From positions 32,001-96,000 of the forward strand of contig NZ_JAQNDL010000003.1 of assembly GCF_028368995.1 (NCBI RefSeq): a stretch of DNA of 64,000 bases. The letters run 5' to 3'. Below are positions 1 through 8,758 of this stretch, piece by piece. The stretch is from Nannocystis bainbridge. GTDB taxonomy: Bacteria > Myxococcota_A > Polyangia > Nannocystales > Nannocystaceae. The notes beneath the pieces were generated by a model. The model saw nothing but the letters and a program-made list of their open reading frames with translations, was not told the origin of the DNA and searched no databases. The translations under genes and the position numbers were made by a program. How positions within the stretch are numbered: the first letter of the stretch is position 1; each line of letters begins with the position of its first letter.

Positions 1-528
1 CATCGGCGCCTGGCTGATGTGACGCTCGATGATCACCGGCGCCGGCGTCGCCCCGCGCGTCACCACGAAGCCCGCCAGTCCCATCATTCCGAGCGCCGCC
101 ACCCCGATCATCACATACAACGGCATCGGCGGCGGCGCCGACCGGGCCCGCGCCCGCACCGGCGTCGGCGCGATCGGCAGCGGCCCCGCCGCCAGTTCGC
201 TGAACCGGGCCGCCCGCGGCCGTTCGGCCTGAACCGTGCCACCGAGCGCTCGCACGTCGATCAGCCCCGAGCCGTCCTCCGGCTCCGGCTCCGGCCGCCG
301 CGCCACCGCCAAACGTACCGGCGCCTCCGCGACGCGGCCGACGTCCAGCGGGCCCAGGCTGGCCAGCGAGAACAGCACCGAATCTTCGTTGCGGGCGCCC
401 ATCATCCGGCCCGCCCCTCGAACCTCACGGCTAGCGAGGGATTCGCCGCACCGGCTGCACCGCGAGGTCGAGGACGCGCCCGCGGCGGACAGGATCAGGG
501 CACCATGGTGATCGCATACGAGGTTCAT
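1..528 (-). CDS. 5' part of a myxobacterial membrane-anchored protein with AgmX/GltJ-like motifs; runs off the window edge
   Basis: Not in the ORF track. Read by hand from ATG at 528, open to position 1: MNLVCDHH...CSRC (Zn-ribbon-like), RNEDSVLFSLASL, GSGLIDVRAL, a Pro-rich linker and a TM helix (LYVMIGVAALGMMGLAGFVV). Family link is recalled, not searched. Confidence 0.65.
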   Translation of the reverse strand, partial: MNLVCDHHGALILSAAGASSTSRCSRCGESLASREVRGAGRMMGARNEDSVLFSLASLGPLDVGRVAEAPVRLAVARRPEPEPEDGSGLIDVRALGGTVQAERPRAARFSELAAGPLPIAPTPVRARARSAPPPMPLYVMIGVAALGMMGLAGFVVTRGATPAPVIIERHISQAPM

Positions 529-677
529 GACGGCGTGCCTTCCATTCGCCGCAGCTCGCCGTGACGGACAGGATCGTCCGATCGCCGTCGCGCGAGTGCG
601 CCGAAAAAATGGTTGCTGTCTCCCCCAACGACCCCGCCGCGCGATCGATCTACGCCGCGGGGCTCATGCCCCCCGCC

Positions 678-2963
678 TCATCGCGGCGAGACCTGGAGCA
701 GCACGAATTCCTGGTCGTCCGGGCGCCCGTCGCCGCGGTGGCGCCCGACGCTGAACGGCAGGTTGTTGTCGTTGCCCACCAACATCCGGCCCTGCGGCAG
801 CAGCACCAGGCTCTCGATGGTGACGAACGGCATGGCGAACACCCCGCCACCCACACCGACATCCCCCGCGCTCGCCGGCGCGAGGCTGTGCGGGTCGGCG
901 ATCCTCAGCAGGTCGACCCGCGCGCCGGCCTCGACCGTCGCACCCGGCGCCGCCAGCGTGATCGTGCGGACCACCTTTTTAAAAGCGTCACCGAGCTCGC
1001 CCTCCGAATCGTCGCGCTCGATCACGAACCCGCGCCCATCGGCGTCGAGCTGGAAATCCGTCACCGCGACCGCGCCCGCTTCGAGGCGGTGGCGCCAGCG
1101 CCTCTCGGTATATGTCCTTTGTGACAGGTCATACTCGTGGATCCACACCTCGCCCGCCGGCGCACCCACGATCGGCTTCTCGAGGATCGGCAGCAGCGCC
1201 GGCGGCGAGCTCCGCAGCGCCATGCCCTCGAACCCGCCGCTGGTCGCCACCGCCAGCGGCTGCGTCCGCGCCGTCACCCCGTGCGGCCAGCCGAGCCCCG
1301 CCAGCCACCGGCTCGGCGCGCCGCCCAGCACCGGCAAATTGGTCCCGTCGGCCAGCAAGAACACGGTCCCGAGCGCCGGCGCCCGGTCCTGCACCTGCAG
1401 CAGCGTGCGATAATCGAAGCTCTGCACCCACGCCCGCTCGGTCGCGCCGGCGGCGACGATCGCCGCGCTCACGCGCTCGGCGAACACCGCCGCGAACGGA
1501 TCGTCCGGCGTCAACTTCGTCTCCACGCTCAGCCGCACCCGGCGCGCGTTGGCGGCCCGCCGCGCCGCCTCGGGGTGCCCCGCCCCGGGCCCCGCGGCAT
1601 AATAATCACCATACGCGGCGACGAAGCCCAGCCACTGCGCCAGCGTCGGCGGCGTGTACGGATCGGCCAGTCCCTCCGCGCTGGCGAACGCGACCACCAC
1701 CGGTGACAGGGTGCGGTCATTCGCCTGTTCGGCCCCGCGCACCAGCCCGTCGCACACGAATCGCCGCTGCAGCGCCGCGATCGTCAGCGCCCGCACCCGC
1801 CGCGCGCCACCTTCCACGTCGCGACACTTACGCGCGTCGAGCTCCAGATCGTGCCCGAGCACCGGCACGTCGTCGGCCGTGAGCACGACATCGGTCTCGA
1901 GCGTCGTCATCAGCTGATCGAGCGCCGCCTCCATCGCCGGCAGCGTGTTCTCGGGCCGCAGGTCGCGCGCGCCGCGATGCCCTTGCAGATCGATGCGCTC
2001 GCGCCGCACCAGCCCGTCGGCGTCGACGAAATCAGACACCCCGTCGCCGTCGCCGTCGAAGCTGCGCGCCGCCTGATACAGCAGATCGGGCCGGTCGGAG
2101 ATGATGCCGTCGACTCCGAGGCGCATCAGCGCGTGCATGCGCGCGACTTCGTTGACGGTCCACACCACCACCGGAAACCCGGCCGCGCGCAGCGAGTCGA
2201 TCGCGAACAGCTCGCGCCCGTCCTCCCCCGGCGCTTCGTCCTTCACCATCGCGTGGTGCGGCGAGAACACCGGCGGCCGGATCGCCCCGCGCTGCCGCCC
2301 GCGCCAGGCGACCGCGTTCATCAGCCGCAGCGCCGCGCCCTCCTCGTTGTTCGGGTTCTGCGGCGCGCGCAGCTCGAGCCCGGGCCGGTCGAGATCCGGC
2401 AACCCGATGGGCGGCTCCAGCACGACGCCGTCGGCCGCGGTGTGCAGCAAGAACGGCCCGAACTCGTCGCCGAACCACAGCGTCCCGTCGGGCGCGCGCT
2501 GCATCGACTCCGGATCGAAGTCCGCCCCGGTCAAGACGCGGGCGTCGCTGAATTGCTGGACGATCGGGAATCCGATCTTGCGGTCCGGATCGCGCAGCTC
2601 GATTTGCCCGAGCACCTCGACCCCGCCGCTCCCGCCCGCCGCCGTGCGCAGGTCGAGCCGCAATGTATAGACCCGCAGGTGAAAATCGGCCGAGTTCTCG
2701 ATCTTGCCATAACCGTTGTCGACGAGCCCGAGGTACGTCCCGTCGTCATTGGCAAGCAGCGCCGAGAACCCCTGCACCGGCTGCGACGCGAACGGCACCG
2801 CCTGCCCGTGGATCGGCCCCGACCCCAGGCGCTCGCCCGACGCCGGCCCGGCCGCGAACGTGCCCGCCGGCAGCACCGCGCGCCCGAGCAGCGTCGCTGG
2901 CGGCGCAGCGACCGGCGAACCGCAGGCCGCCGCGAATGCCAGCACCAGCGCCGACCTACGCAT
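678..2963 (-). CDS. Lipoprotein: phytase-like (esterase-like activity of phytase) domain with an inserted glycerophosphodiester phosphodiesterase (GDPD) domain
   Basis: Lipobox LAFAAAC. Phytase-like motifs QGFSAL, DFDPES, GDEFGP, GFEGMA, NDNNLPF. GDPD motifs GHRGAR-PENT, ETDV, GHD, ETK, QSFD, WTVN, GVDGIISDRPD. Confidence 0.88.
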   Translation of the reverse strand: MRRSALVLAFAAACGSPVAAPPATLLGRAVLPAGTFAAGPASGERLGSGPIHGQAVPFASQPVQGFSALLANDDGTYLGLVDNGYGKIENSADFHLRVYTLRLDLRTAAGGSGGVEVLGQIELRDPDRKIGFPIVQQFSDARVLTGADFDPESMQRAPDGTLWFGDEFGPFLLHTAADGVVLEPPIGLPDLDRPGLELRAPQNPNNEEGAALRLMNAVAWRGRQRGAIRPPVFSPHHAMVKDEAPGEDGRELFAIDSLRAAGFPVVVWTVNEVARMHALMRLGVDGIISDRPDLLYQAARSFDGDGDGVSDFVDADGLVRRERIDLQGHRGARDLRPENTLPAMEAALDQLMTTLETDVVLTADDVPVLGHDLELDARKCRDVEGGARRVRALTIAALQRRFVCDGLVRGAEQANDRTLSPVVVAFASAEGLADPYTPPTLAQWLGFVAAYGDYYAAGPGAGHPEAARRAANARRVRLSVETKLTPDDPFAAVFAERVSAAIVAAGATERAWVQSFDYRTLLQVQDRAPALGTVFLLADGTNLPVLGGAPSRWLAGLGWPHGVTARTQPLAVATSGGFEGMALRSSPPALLPILEKPIVGAPAGEVWIHEYDLSQRTYTERRWRHRLEAGAVAVTDFQLDADGRGFVIERDDSEGELGDAFKKVVRTITLAAPGATVEAGARVDLLRIADPHSLAPASAGDVGVGGGVFAMPFVTIESLVLLPQGRMLVGNDNNLPFSVGRHRGDGRPDDQEFVLLQVSPR

Positions 2964-2969
2964 GCACGC

Positions 2970-3134
2970 ACCTCACGAACGAGGCGTCATGCATCACGCA
3001 CGAGGCGGCACGCCTCACGAACGAGGCGTCACTCACGAACGAGGCGTCACGCCCCACGCATGATGCGTCACGAATCAAGAACCACGCGTCACGCCTCACG
3101 AACAATGCGTCACGCCTCAAGAACGACGCGCCAC
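2970..3134. repeat. Degenerate 21-bp tandem repeat, 8 units (consensus ~GCCTCACGAACGAGGCGTCAC)
   Basis: Units start at 2970, 2991, 3012, 3033 (18-bp unit), 3051, 3072, 3093 and 3114, directly upstream of the 678..2963 start codon. Confidence 0.9.
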
Positions 3135-3338
3135 GCTCCGCACCGGAGCACGCGCCACGCTCCACACGATACAGCTCCCGAGCGCTCCCGAGTCTCACGA
3201 AACGCGCAGTCACGCCATTCGCCGCTCGCGCGCCCACTCCCGCGAAGATCGGTCGCTCGCCGACCCTCGCCTCGAACCTCGGCCTGCCGTGCATGCGCAC
3301 GCGCGATCTGGCCCGCGCCCGCGCCCGCTGTCAAGCGC

Positions 3339-4001
3339 TCAGGCCGCCATCGCCGCCGTGCGCACGTGCTCCGGCGAGATCCCGAAGTGTTCCCGCACCT
3401 GCTCGATCGGCCAGGTCAGCATCGCCGCCCAGTCGGCCCCGAACAGCGGCCGCGTCGTCTGGCCCAGGCGCCAGCCGCGGGTGATCGCCTCCATGCGCCG
3501 GTCGCCGTCCTCGTACTGGAACAGCATCCCGTTGAGCAGCCCCGCCGACAGCAGCAGGTGCCCGAGCGGCGACTGCAGCTGGGCGATGTAGAACGCCTGC
3601 AGCCCCAGCTCGCCCGCCACGTCGGTGTCGAAGCCGAGCACCGTGTGCCACAGATCGTGGCTGCGCTCGAGGTGCAGCTTCATCAGCGCCGCGTCGCCGA
3701 CCGTGTCGGCCGCGCTGTGATAGACCCCGTTCGGGTCGAGCTTGCGCGCGTCGAGGAAGCGGGCGAACTCGCGGCCCAGGCTGCCCTCCGGCAGCGTTCG
3801 CAGCGCCTCGAGCTTCAGCTGCAGCGGCGCCAGCGGGCGCTCCAGGTAGGTCTTCACTTCGGGGCGGGCCAGCATGCGCCGCAGCCCCGGTGAGTCGTCG
3901 AACGCGTCGGCGAGGGCGAACACCAGGTCGAGGCGATCGGTGTCACGGACGAGGCGGACGTAGGTGCTGGCGAAGCGGAACAGGCCGACGATCTTGCGCA
4001 T
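3339..4001 (-). CDS. Coq4-family protein
   Basis: LPEGSLGREF and HDLWHTVLGFDTDVAGELGLQAF (HDxxH...E metal motif). Start moved to ATG 4001, which has GGAG 8 nt upstream. Confidence 0.88.
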   Translation of the reverse strand: MRKIVGLFRFASTYVRLVRDTDRLDLVFALADAFDDSPGLRRMLARPEVKTYLERPLAPLQLKLEALRTLPEGSLGREFARFLDARKLDPNGVYHSAADTVGDAALMKLHLERSHDLWHTVLGFDTDVAGELGLQAFYIAQLQSPLGHLLLSAGLLNGMLFQYEDGDRRMEAITRGWRLGQTTRPLFGADWAAMLTWPIEQVREHFGISPEHVRTAAMAA

Positions 4002-4033
4002 GCGAATCACTCCCTGCGGGCTTGCGGAGAAGA

Positions 4034-4047
4034 TGAGTCTTTGCTCA
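4034..4047. promoter_or_regulatory. Possible TetR operator (TGAG-N6-CTCA)
   Basis: Short palindrome in the 70-bp divergent gap between the Coq4-like gene and tetR. Short enough to be chance. Confidence 0.3.
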
Positions 4048-4071
4048 GATCCTCGCCACTCGCTTTTCCGC

Positions 4072-4710
4072 ATGGCCGCCCCCGCCCGCAAAAAGCCCGT
4101 CAAACGGCGCCGCAGCCCGATTCAGAGCCGAGGTCAGGTCACCGTCGACGCCATCGTCGAGGCGGCCGCTCAGATCTTGGCCAAGAAAGGTCCGGCGGCC
4201 GCGACCACCAACGCCGTCGCCGCGCGCGCCGGCGTCAGCATCGGCACCCTCTACCAGTACTTCGCCGACCGCGAGGCCCTGCTGCGCGAGATCGGTCGCC
4301 GTCACGTCGCCGAGATGCAGGCCGTGCTCGCCGGCGCCCTCACCGGCATGGAGGGCCTGGCGCTGCCGGCCGCCGTCGATCGCCTCGTCTCCGCGATCGT
4401 CGCCATGCACCGCGTCGCCCCGCGGCTGCACCAGGCGCTGCATCAATCGCTGGCCCGCGACCACCTCGACACCATCGACGCCTTCGAGGTCGCCGTCGAG
4501 GCGATGGTCGCCAGCGCCCTCGTCGGCCGCGGCGACGACCTCGACCTGCCCCACCCCGAGCTCACCGCCACCGTGCTGGTCCGCGGCCTCGGCGGCCTGA
4601 TCCGCACCACCCTCCGCCGCGAGCCCGAGCGCCTCGACGACCCCGCCCTCGCCCTCGCCATGCGCGCGATGATCCTCGGCACCCTCGGCGAGAGCCGCCG
4701 CAAGGGCTGA
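4072..4710 (+). CDS. TetR/AcrR family transcriptional regulator
   Basis: PIQSRGQVTVDAIVEAAAQIL...TTNAVAARAGVSIGTLYQYFADREAL HTH. Divergent from the Coq4-like gene. Confidence 0.93.
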   Translation: MAAPARKKPVKRRRSPIQSRGQVTVDAIVEAAAQILAKKGPAAATTNAVAARAGVSIGTLYQYFADREALLREIGRRHVAEMQAVLAGALTGMEGLALPAAVDRLVSAIVAMHRVAPRLHQALHQSLARDHLDTIDAFEVAVEAMVASALVGRGDDLDLPHPELTATVLVRGLGGLIRTTLRREPERLDDPALALAMRAMILGTLGESRRKG

Positions 4711-4849
4711 CGGGCGCCAGTAAAGCTCGCAATCCCTCGTGACGCCCACGGCGCCGCTTCGCCACGGGCCCATCGCTCGCCGCGTGGCGACGCCCTCTCC
4801 AAGCCCTCTCACGGATCCGCGTGACGGCGCTCCCGCCTGGCCGCACCAG

Positions 4850-4943
4850 CATCATGTCGAATAGAACATGTCTTAAAAAGCATGTTCATTAAGACATGTC
4901 CATTAGAGCATTCCCGTTCGAGCATGCTCGTTCGGCCATCCTC
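4850..4943. repeat. 14-bp-period RRRCATGYYY array (array A)
   Basis: Cores at 4853, 4867, 4881, 4895, 4909 (CATT), 4923 and 4937 (CATC), plus an in-phase CATG at 4993. Lies between convergent genes. Confidence 0.88.
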
Positions 4944-5010
4944 GCCCGACACGGCACCCAGCCCCACGATCGGCGCTGGGCTCGGCTTCGGACATGCCCT
5001 TTCAATCAGA

Positions 5011-6495
5011 TCATTCGCTCGCCCGGCGCAGCACGAACAGCCTCGCCGCCGGCGCCGCGGTCGGGCCTGGCAGCGTGCTCGCGGCCTCACGCTCGAGCGT
5101 GAACGCCGGCGCGAACGGCCCCGCGATCGTCTCCTTCGCGTACGGCGTCACCCCGGCGGCCGGTTCGGCCAGCGTCTTCACGATCAGCGCCCCGCCGGGG
5201 GCGACCAGCCGGGCCATCGCCGCCGCATGGCGCTCGGCCTCCGCCGGCGCCAGCAGGTGCAGGCACGCGCGATCGATCGCCGCGTCGAACCGGCCCTGCA
5301 GGCGCGTCGCCGTGATGTCGTCGCTCAGCCAGATCGCCCGGCTCGTCGGCGCACGGGCGCGGGCCTGCGCGAGCGCGGCCGCCGAGATGTCGGTGGCGAC
5401 CACCGTGTGACCGCGGCTCGCCAGCGCCACCGCCAGCGCGCCCAGGCCCGTCCCGACCTCGAGCACGGACAAGCCCGTCGCGCCCTCGCGCTCGACCGCC
5501 GCCAGCAGGTCCGCGTCGGCCTCGTCGTGCTGCCACGGCAGCTCGGCCGGCGCGTGCGTGCGGTACAGCCGGTCCCAGCCCTCGGCCCCGCGCGGCGCCT
5601 GGGCCAGCCCCGCGCTCGCGCGCTCGCGCACGATCGCCTCGAGCAGCTGCACCACCACCTCGGGCGGCGGCGCCCCGCCCAGCATCGGCGTGCGCATCGC
5701 CGGCGGATCGGCGACCTCCAGCGCGCGCGCCGGGTGGGCCACGTGCAGCCCGTCCGCGATCAGCTGCGCCAGGTTGCGCTGCACCGCCGGCTCCGCGTAC
5801 ATCGCGGGGTTCATCGACGGCACCACCAGCACCGGCGCGCGCGTCGCCAGGGCGATCGCCGCCACCGCCGACGCGTGGTCCCCCGTCGCCAGCCGCGCGA
5901 TCGTCGTCGCCGACGCCGGGCACACCAGCACCGCGTCGGCCCACTGCGCCAGCTCGATGTGCGGCACCCGATGCACCTGGCTCTCGGGCCAGATCGCCGT
6001 CACCACCGGCGCGTGCGTCAACGCCTCGAGCGCCTCGACCCGCACGAACCGCAGCGCGCTCTCCGTGACCGCCGCGCGCACCTCGAAGCCGCGCGCCTGC
6101 AGCCGCTGGATCAGCGCCGGCGCGTGCATCGTCGCCGCCGCCCCCGTCAACCCCACCACCACCCGCGGCCCGGCCGTGCGCCCTGCCCGTGACGGCCCCG
6201 TCGTCACCGCCTCGAGCGCCCCCGTGCGCCGCAGCAGCGCCAGCAGCTCGCCGATCACCTCGGGCCGCTCGATCGGCGCCCCGGCCAGCGCCTCGACGTG
6301 GGCCAGCACCTCCGCCCCCGAGCGCGGCATCGCCAGGAACGCCAGCACCGCCGACGCCAGCGCCGCCGAGTCGCCGGTCAGCGCGTGGCCCTCGCCGTCC
6401 GGGCCCAGCGCCACCAGGCGCTCGCCGCATTCGTAGATCCGCACCACCGAGGCGCGGCGGAGGTTCCATTCGGTCCAGCGCTCGGGGTCCGTCAT
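5011..6495 (-). CDS. Three-domain protein: RRE/PqqD-like N-terminus + HFCD (LanD/EpiD-type) flavoprotein + class I SAM methyltransferase (TPMT/thiol-MT-like)
   Basis: HFCD motifs VVVGLTG, PHIELAQWAD, PASATT, PSMNPAMY. MTase motifs GWDRLY...LPW, VLEVGTGLG, TDISAAAL, FDAAIDRACLH. The first ~95 aa show a 3-strand + 3-helix pattern (inferred RRE). Confidence 0.85.
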   Translation of the reverse strand: MTDPERWTEWNLRRASVVRIYECGERLVALGPDGEGHALTGDSAALASAVLAFLAMPRSGAEVLAHVEALAGAPIERPEVIGELLALLRRTGALEAVTTGPSRAGRTAGPRVVVGLTGAAATMHAPALIQRLQARGFEVRAAVTESALRFVRVEALEALTHAPVVTAIWPESQVHRVPHIELAQWADAVLVCPASATTIARLATGDHASAVAAIALATRAPVLVVPSMNPAMYAEPAVQRNLAQLIADGLHVAHPARALEVADPPAMRTPMLGGAPPPEVVVQLLEAIVRERASAGLAQAPRGAEGWDRLYRTHAPAELPWQHDEADADLLAAVEREGATGLSVLEVGTGLGALAVALASRGHTVVATDISAAALAQARARAPTSRAIWLSDDITATRLQGRFDAAIDRACLHLLAPAEAERHAAAMARLVAPGGALIVKTLAEPAAGVTPYAKETIAGPFAPAFTLEREAASTLPGPTAAPAARLFVLRRASE

Positions 6496-6541
6496 CGTCG
6501 TCCTGAGTTCTCGCAGCCCGACCGGGCCGCCCGGGATGCTA

Positions 6542-7000
6542 TCATATGATCAGCAGCCGACACTCACCGTCGATCCACGCGCACAGCTGCTGCACCCCGC
6601 AGACCGCCTCGTCGGTGATCTGCGAGCAGTCGACCGTGCATTGCACGATCTCCGGCGGCCACACGCACAGCGGCGTCGCCTCGCACGTCGGCTGGTCCTC
6701 GATCTCGTCGCAGTCCGGGACGCCGTCGGTCTCGGCGTCGGTCGTCACCGACGTCGCCACTGTCGGATCGGTCGTCGAGGTCGTCGGCCCGCTGGCCGTC
6801 GTGGTCGTGCTCGTCGGGCCGTCGGTCGAAGTCCCGGGGGTCGTGTTCGTGGTCGATTCCGTCGGGTCGTCGGTCGCCCCGGAGGTCACGACCGTCGTCG
6901 ACGGCTTGTCGTCGCCGTCGTTGCAGGCCGGCGCCGCGGTCACCGAGGACACCGCGAGGATCGCCGGCACGCACAGTCTTCGTCCGATGTCGGGTCGCAC
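6542..7000 (-). CDS. Lipoprotein with Thr/Ser-rich linker and C-terminal duplicated Cys-rich motif
   Basis: Signal peptide ending APAC, low-complexity T/S/D linker, then two copies of C-x8-C-x5-CxW...C, ending ECRLLII. 46 bp upstream of the flavoprotein gene on the same strand. Confidence 0.8.
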   Translation of the reverse strand: MRPDIGRRLCVPAILAVSSVTAAPACNDGDDKPSTTVVTSGATDDPTESTTNTTPGTSTDGPTSTTTTASGPTTSTTDPTVATSVTTDAETDGVPDCDEIEDQPTCEATPLCVWPPEIVQCTVDCSQITDEAVCGVQQLCAWIDGECRLLII

Positions 7001-7116
7001 GCCTGCAGCCTATCACGCCCCTCCTCGCGCGGATCGCGGCAGCCTGCGGCCGGCGCCCCCCAGAGCGGACGCGCAAGCTCGAGCACCAGGCTGCGCCCGA
7101 CGGCAGGCCGACGCGC

Positions 7117-7196
7117 GGACAGGCCCGATCCGACATGCCCCGACCGCCATGCTCTCAAGATCATGTCCTATGCGACATGTCCTTTGATGCAGGTAT
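7117..7196. repeat. 14-bp-period RRRCATGYYY array (array B)
   Basis: Cores at 7120 (CAGG), 7134, 7148, 7162, 7176 and 7190 (CAGG), in a divergent intergenic region. Confidence 0.85.
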
Positions 7197-7429
7197 CCGA
7201 TCCTTGCGATCGCCACGATGCCGCCGAAGATCAATGTCGGCACTGCGCGCCGCGCGACCGAAATGCCCGGTGCGCTCGCGGCGGCCGCCGCCCGCGGGGC
7301 CCTGTGCGCGGCTCCCCGTGAGCGCTGCGACGAATCGAAAAAACGCGACGAATCATCGTTCCGTAACAGTTCCACCGGCGAATCCGCTTCCCAGCCCCGG
7401 CCCACGCCCCCTCGGGCTATGCTCGCGCG

Positions 7430-8638
7430 ATGGAGCCCGAGTACCCGATCCTCTCCGAGGCCTTCTTCGCCGATCCCTATCCGCTGCTCCGCCAGCTCCG
7501 CGAAGAGTGCCCCGTCTATTATCATGCCCCGCTCGGCGCGTGGTTCCTCGCCCGCCACGACCACTGCGAGATGGCGGTCCGCGATCGTCGTCTGAGCAAT
7601 GCTCGCGCCCGCGAGCTGCTTTCGACGCTGATGCCGACGCTGCGCGGGACCGGCGAGCTCGAGGCGATGATCGGCCAGTGGTCGCGCCTGTTGTGGTTCC
7701 TCGATCCGCCGAAGCACACGCGCAGCCGCGGGCTGGTGATGCGGGGCTTCAGCGCCGCGGCGATCGAGCGCGTGCGCGGCGAGGTGCGCGCCAGCGTCGA
7801 ACAAGCGCTGGCGAACGTCGCCGGCGGCGGCGAGATCGACGTGGTGTGGCAATTGGCCGACCCGGTCGCGCTCGACGTCCTCTGCGCGATCTTCGGCCTC
7901 CCGCACGACCAGCGGGCCGAGTTTCGCCGCTGGACCACCGACATCATGCAGGCCGCCGGCGCCGGCGCCATGGACGAAGATCCGGCGATGCGGGCCAAGG
8001 AGTCCTCCTTCAAGCTGTTCGGCCTGCTCTCGGCGATCGTGCACGAGCGGTGCGCGCGGCCGGGCGACGACATGATCAGCCGCTTCCTCGGCGACGAGCG
8101 CGGCGATCCGGCGGTGATCGAGGAGGTCACGATCCAGTGCTTCCAGATGGTCGGCGCCGGCTACGTCACCTCGCGCAACCAGATCGCCTGCGCCGTGCTG
8201 GCCCTGCTCGAGCACCCGGACGAGCTCGCCCGCCTGCGCACCGACCCGCGCCTGCTGGTCCCGGCGATCGAGGAGCTGCTGCGCTTCGCGCCCTCGGTGC
8301 TGACCACCAACCGGCTCGCCGCCGAGGACCTCGAGATCGGCGGCAAGCAGATCCGCCAGGGTCAGCTGGTGTTCCCGATCCTCGCCTCCGCCAACCGCGA
8401 TCCCGCCGCCTACGTCGAGCCCGACCGCCTCGACCTCGCCCGCGGCGGCCGGCCGATGACCTTCAGCGTCGGCCCTCACTATTGCCCGGGCGGCCCGCTG
8501 GCGCGGCTCGAGCTCGAGGAGGCGCTGGCGGGCCTGCTGCGATTCTCGTCGTGGCAGCAGCTCGGCGATTTCGACTACCGCGGCGCCAGCCTGCAGGACC
8601 GCGGCCCCTCCCAGCTGCGCGTGCAGCTCGGGGTCTGA
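7430..8638 (+). CDS. Cytochrome P450
   Basis: DPYP, DPPKHTR, EELLR (ExxR), SANRDP, FSVGPHYCPG heme motif. I-helix reads GAGYVTS. Confidence 0.95.
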   Translation: MEPEYPILSEAFFADPYPLLRQLREECPVYYHAPLGAWFLARHDHCEMAVRDRRLSNARARELLSTLMPTLRGTGELEAMIGQWSRLLWFLDPPKHTRSRGLVMRGFSAAAIERVRGEVRASVEQALANVAGGGEIDVVWQLADPVALDVLCAIFGLPHDQRAEFRRWTTDIMQAAGAGAMDEDPAMRAKESSFKLFGLLSAIVHERCARPGDDMISRFLGDERGDPAVIEEVTIQCFQMVGAGYVTSRNQIACAVLALLEHPDELARLRTDPRLLVPAIEELLRFAPSVLTTNRLAAEDLEIGGKQIRQGQLVFPILASANRDPAAYVEPDRLDLARGGRPMTFSVGPHYCPGGPLARLELEEALAGLLRFSSWQQLGDFDYRGASLQDRGPSQLRVQLGV

Positions 8639-8758
8639 CCGCGGCCGCGTCCGCTCCGCGTCCCGCGCCAATCGCGGCCCGCGCCACCGCCGGCGCCGCG
8701 TGCCGCGATTGGCGTGCCTGCGGCTGGGCGAGCGGCTCGCCCTCCCTACACTGATCGC

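Noticed and set aside
5011-6495. Annotation as coaBC/dfp
   Set aside because: No CoaB ligase domain, no LACG clamp Cys, and extra N-terminal and methyltransferase domains.
7200-7429. Biarylitide-type MxYxH micro-precursor upstream of either P450
   Set aside because: No such short ORF seen upstream of 7430 or of 15569.
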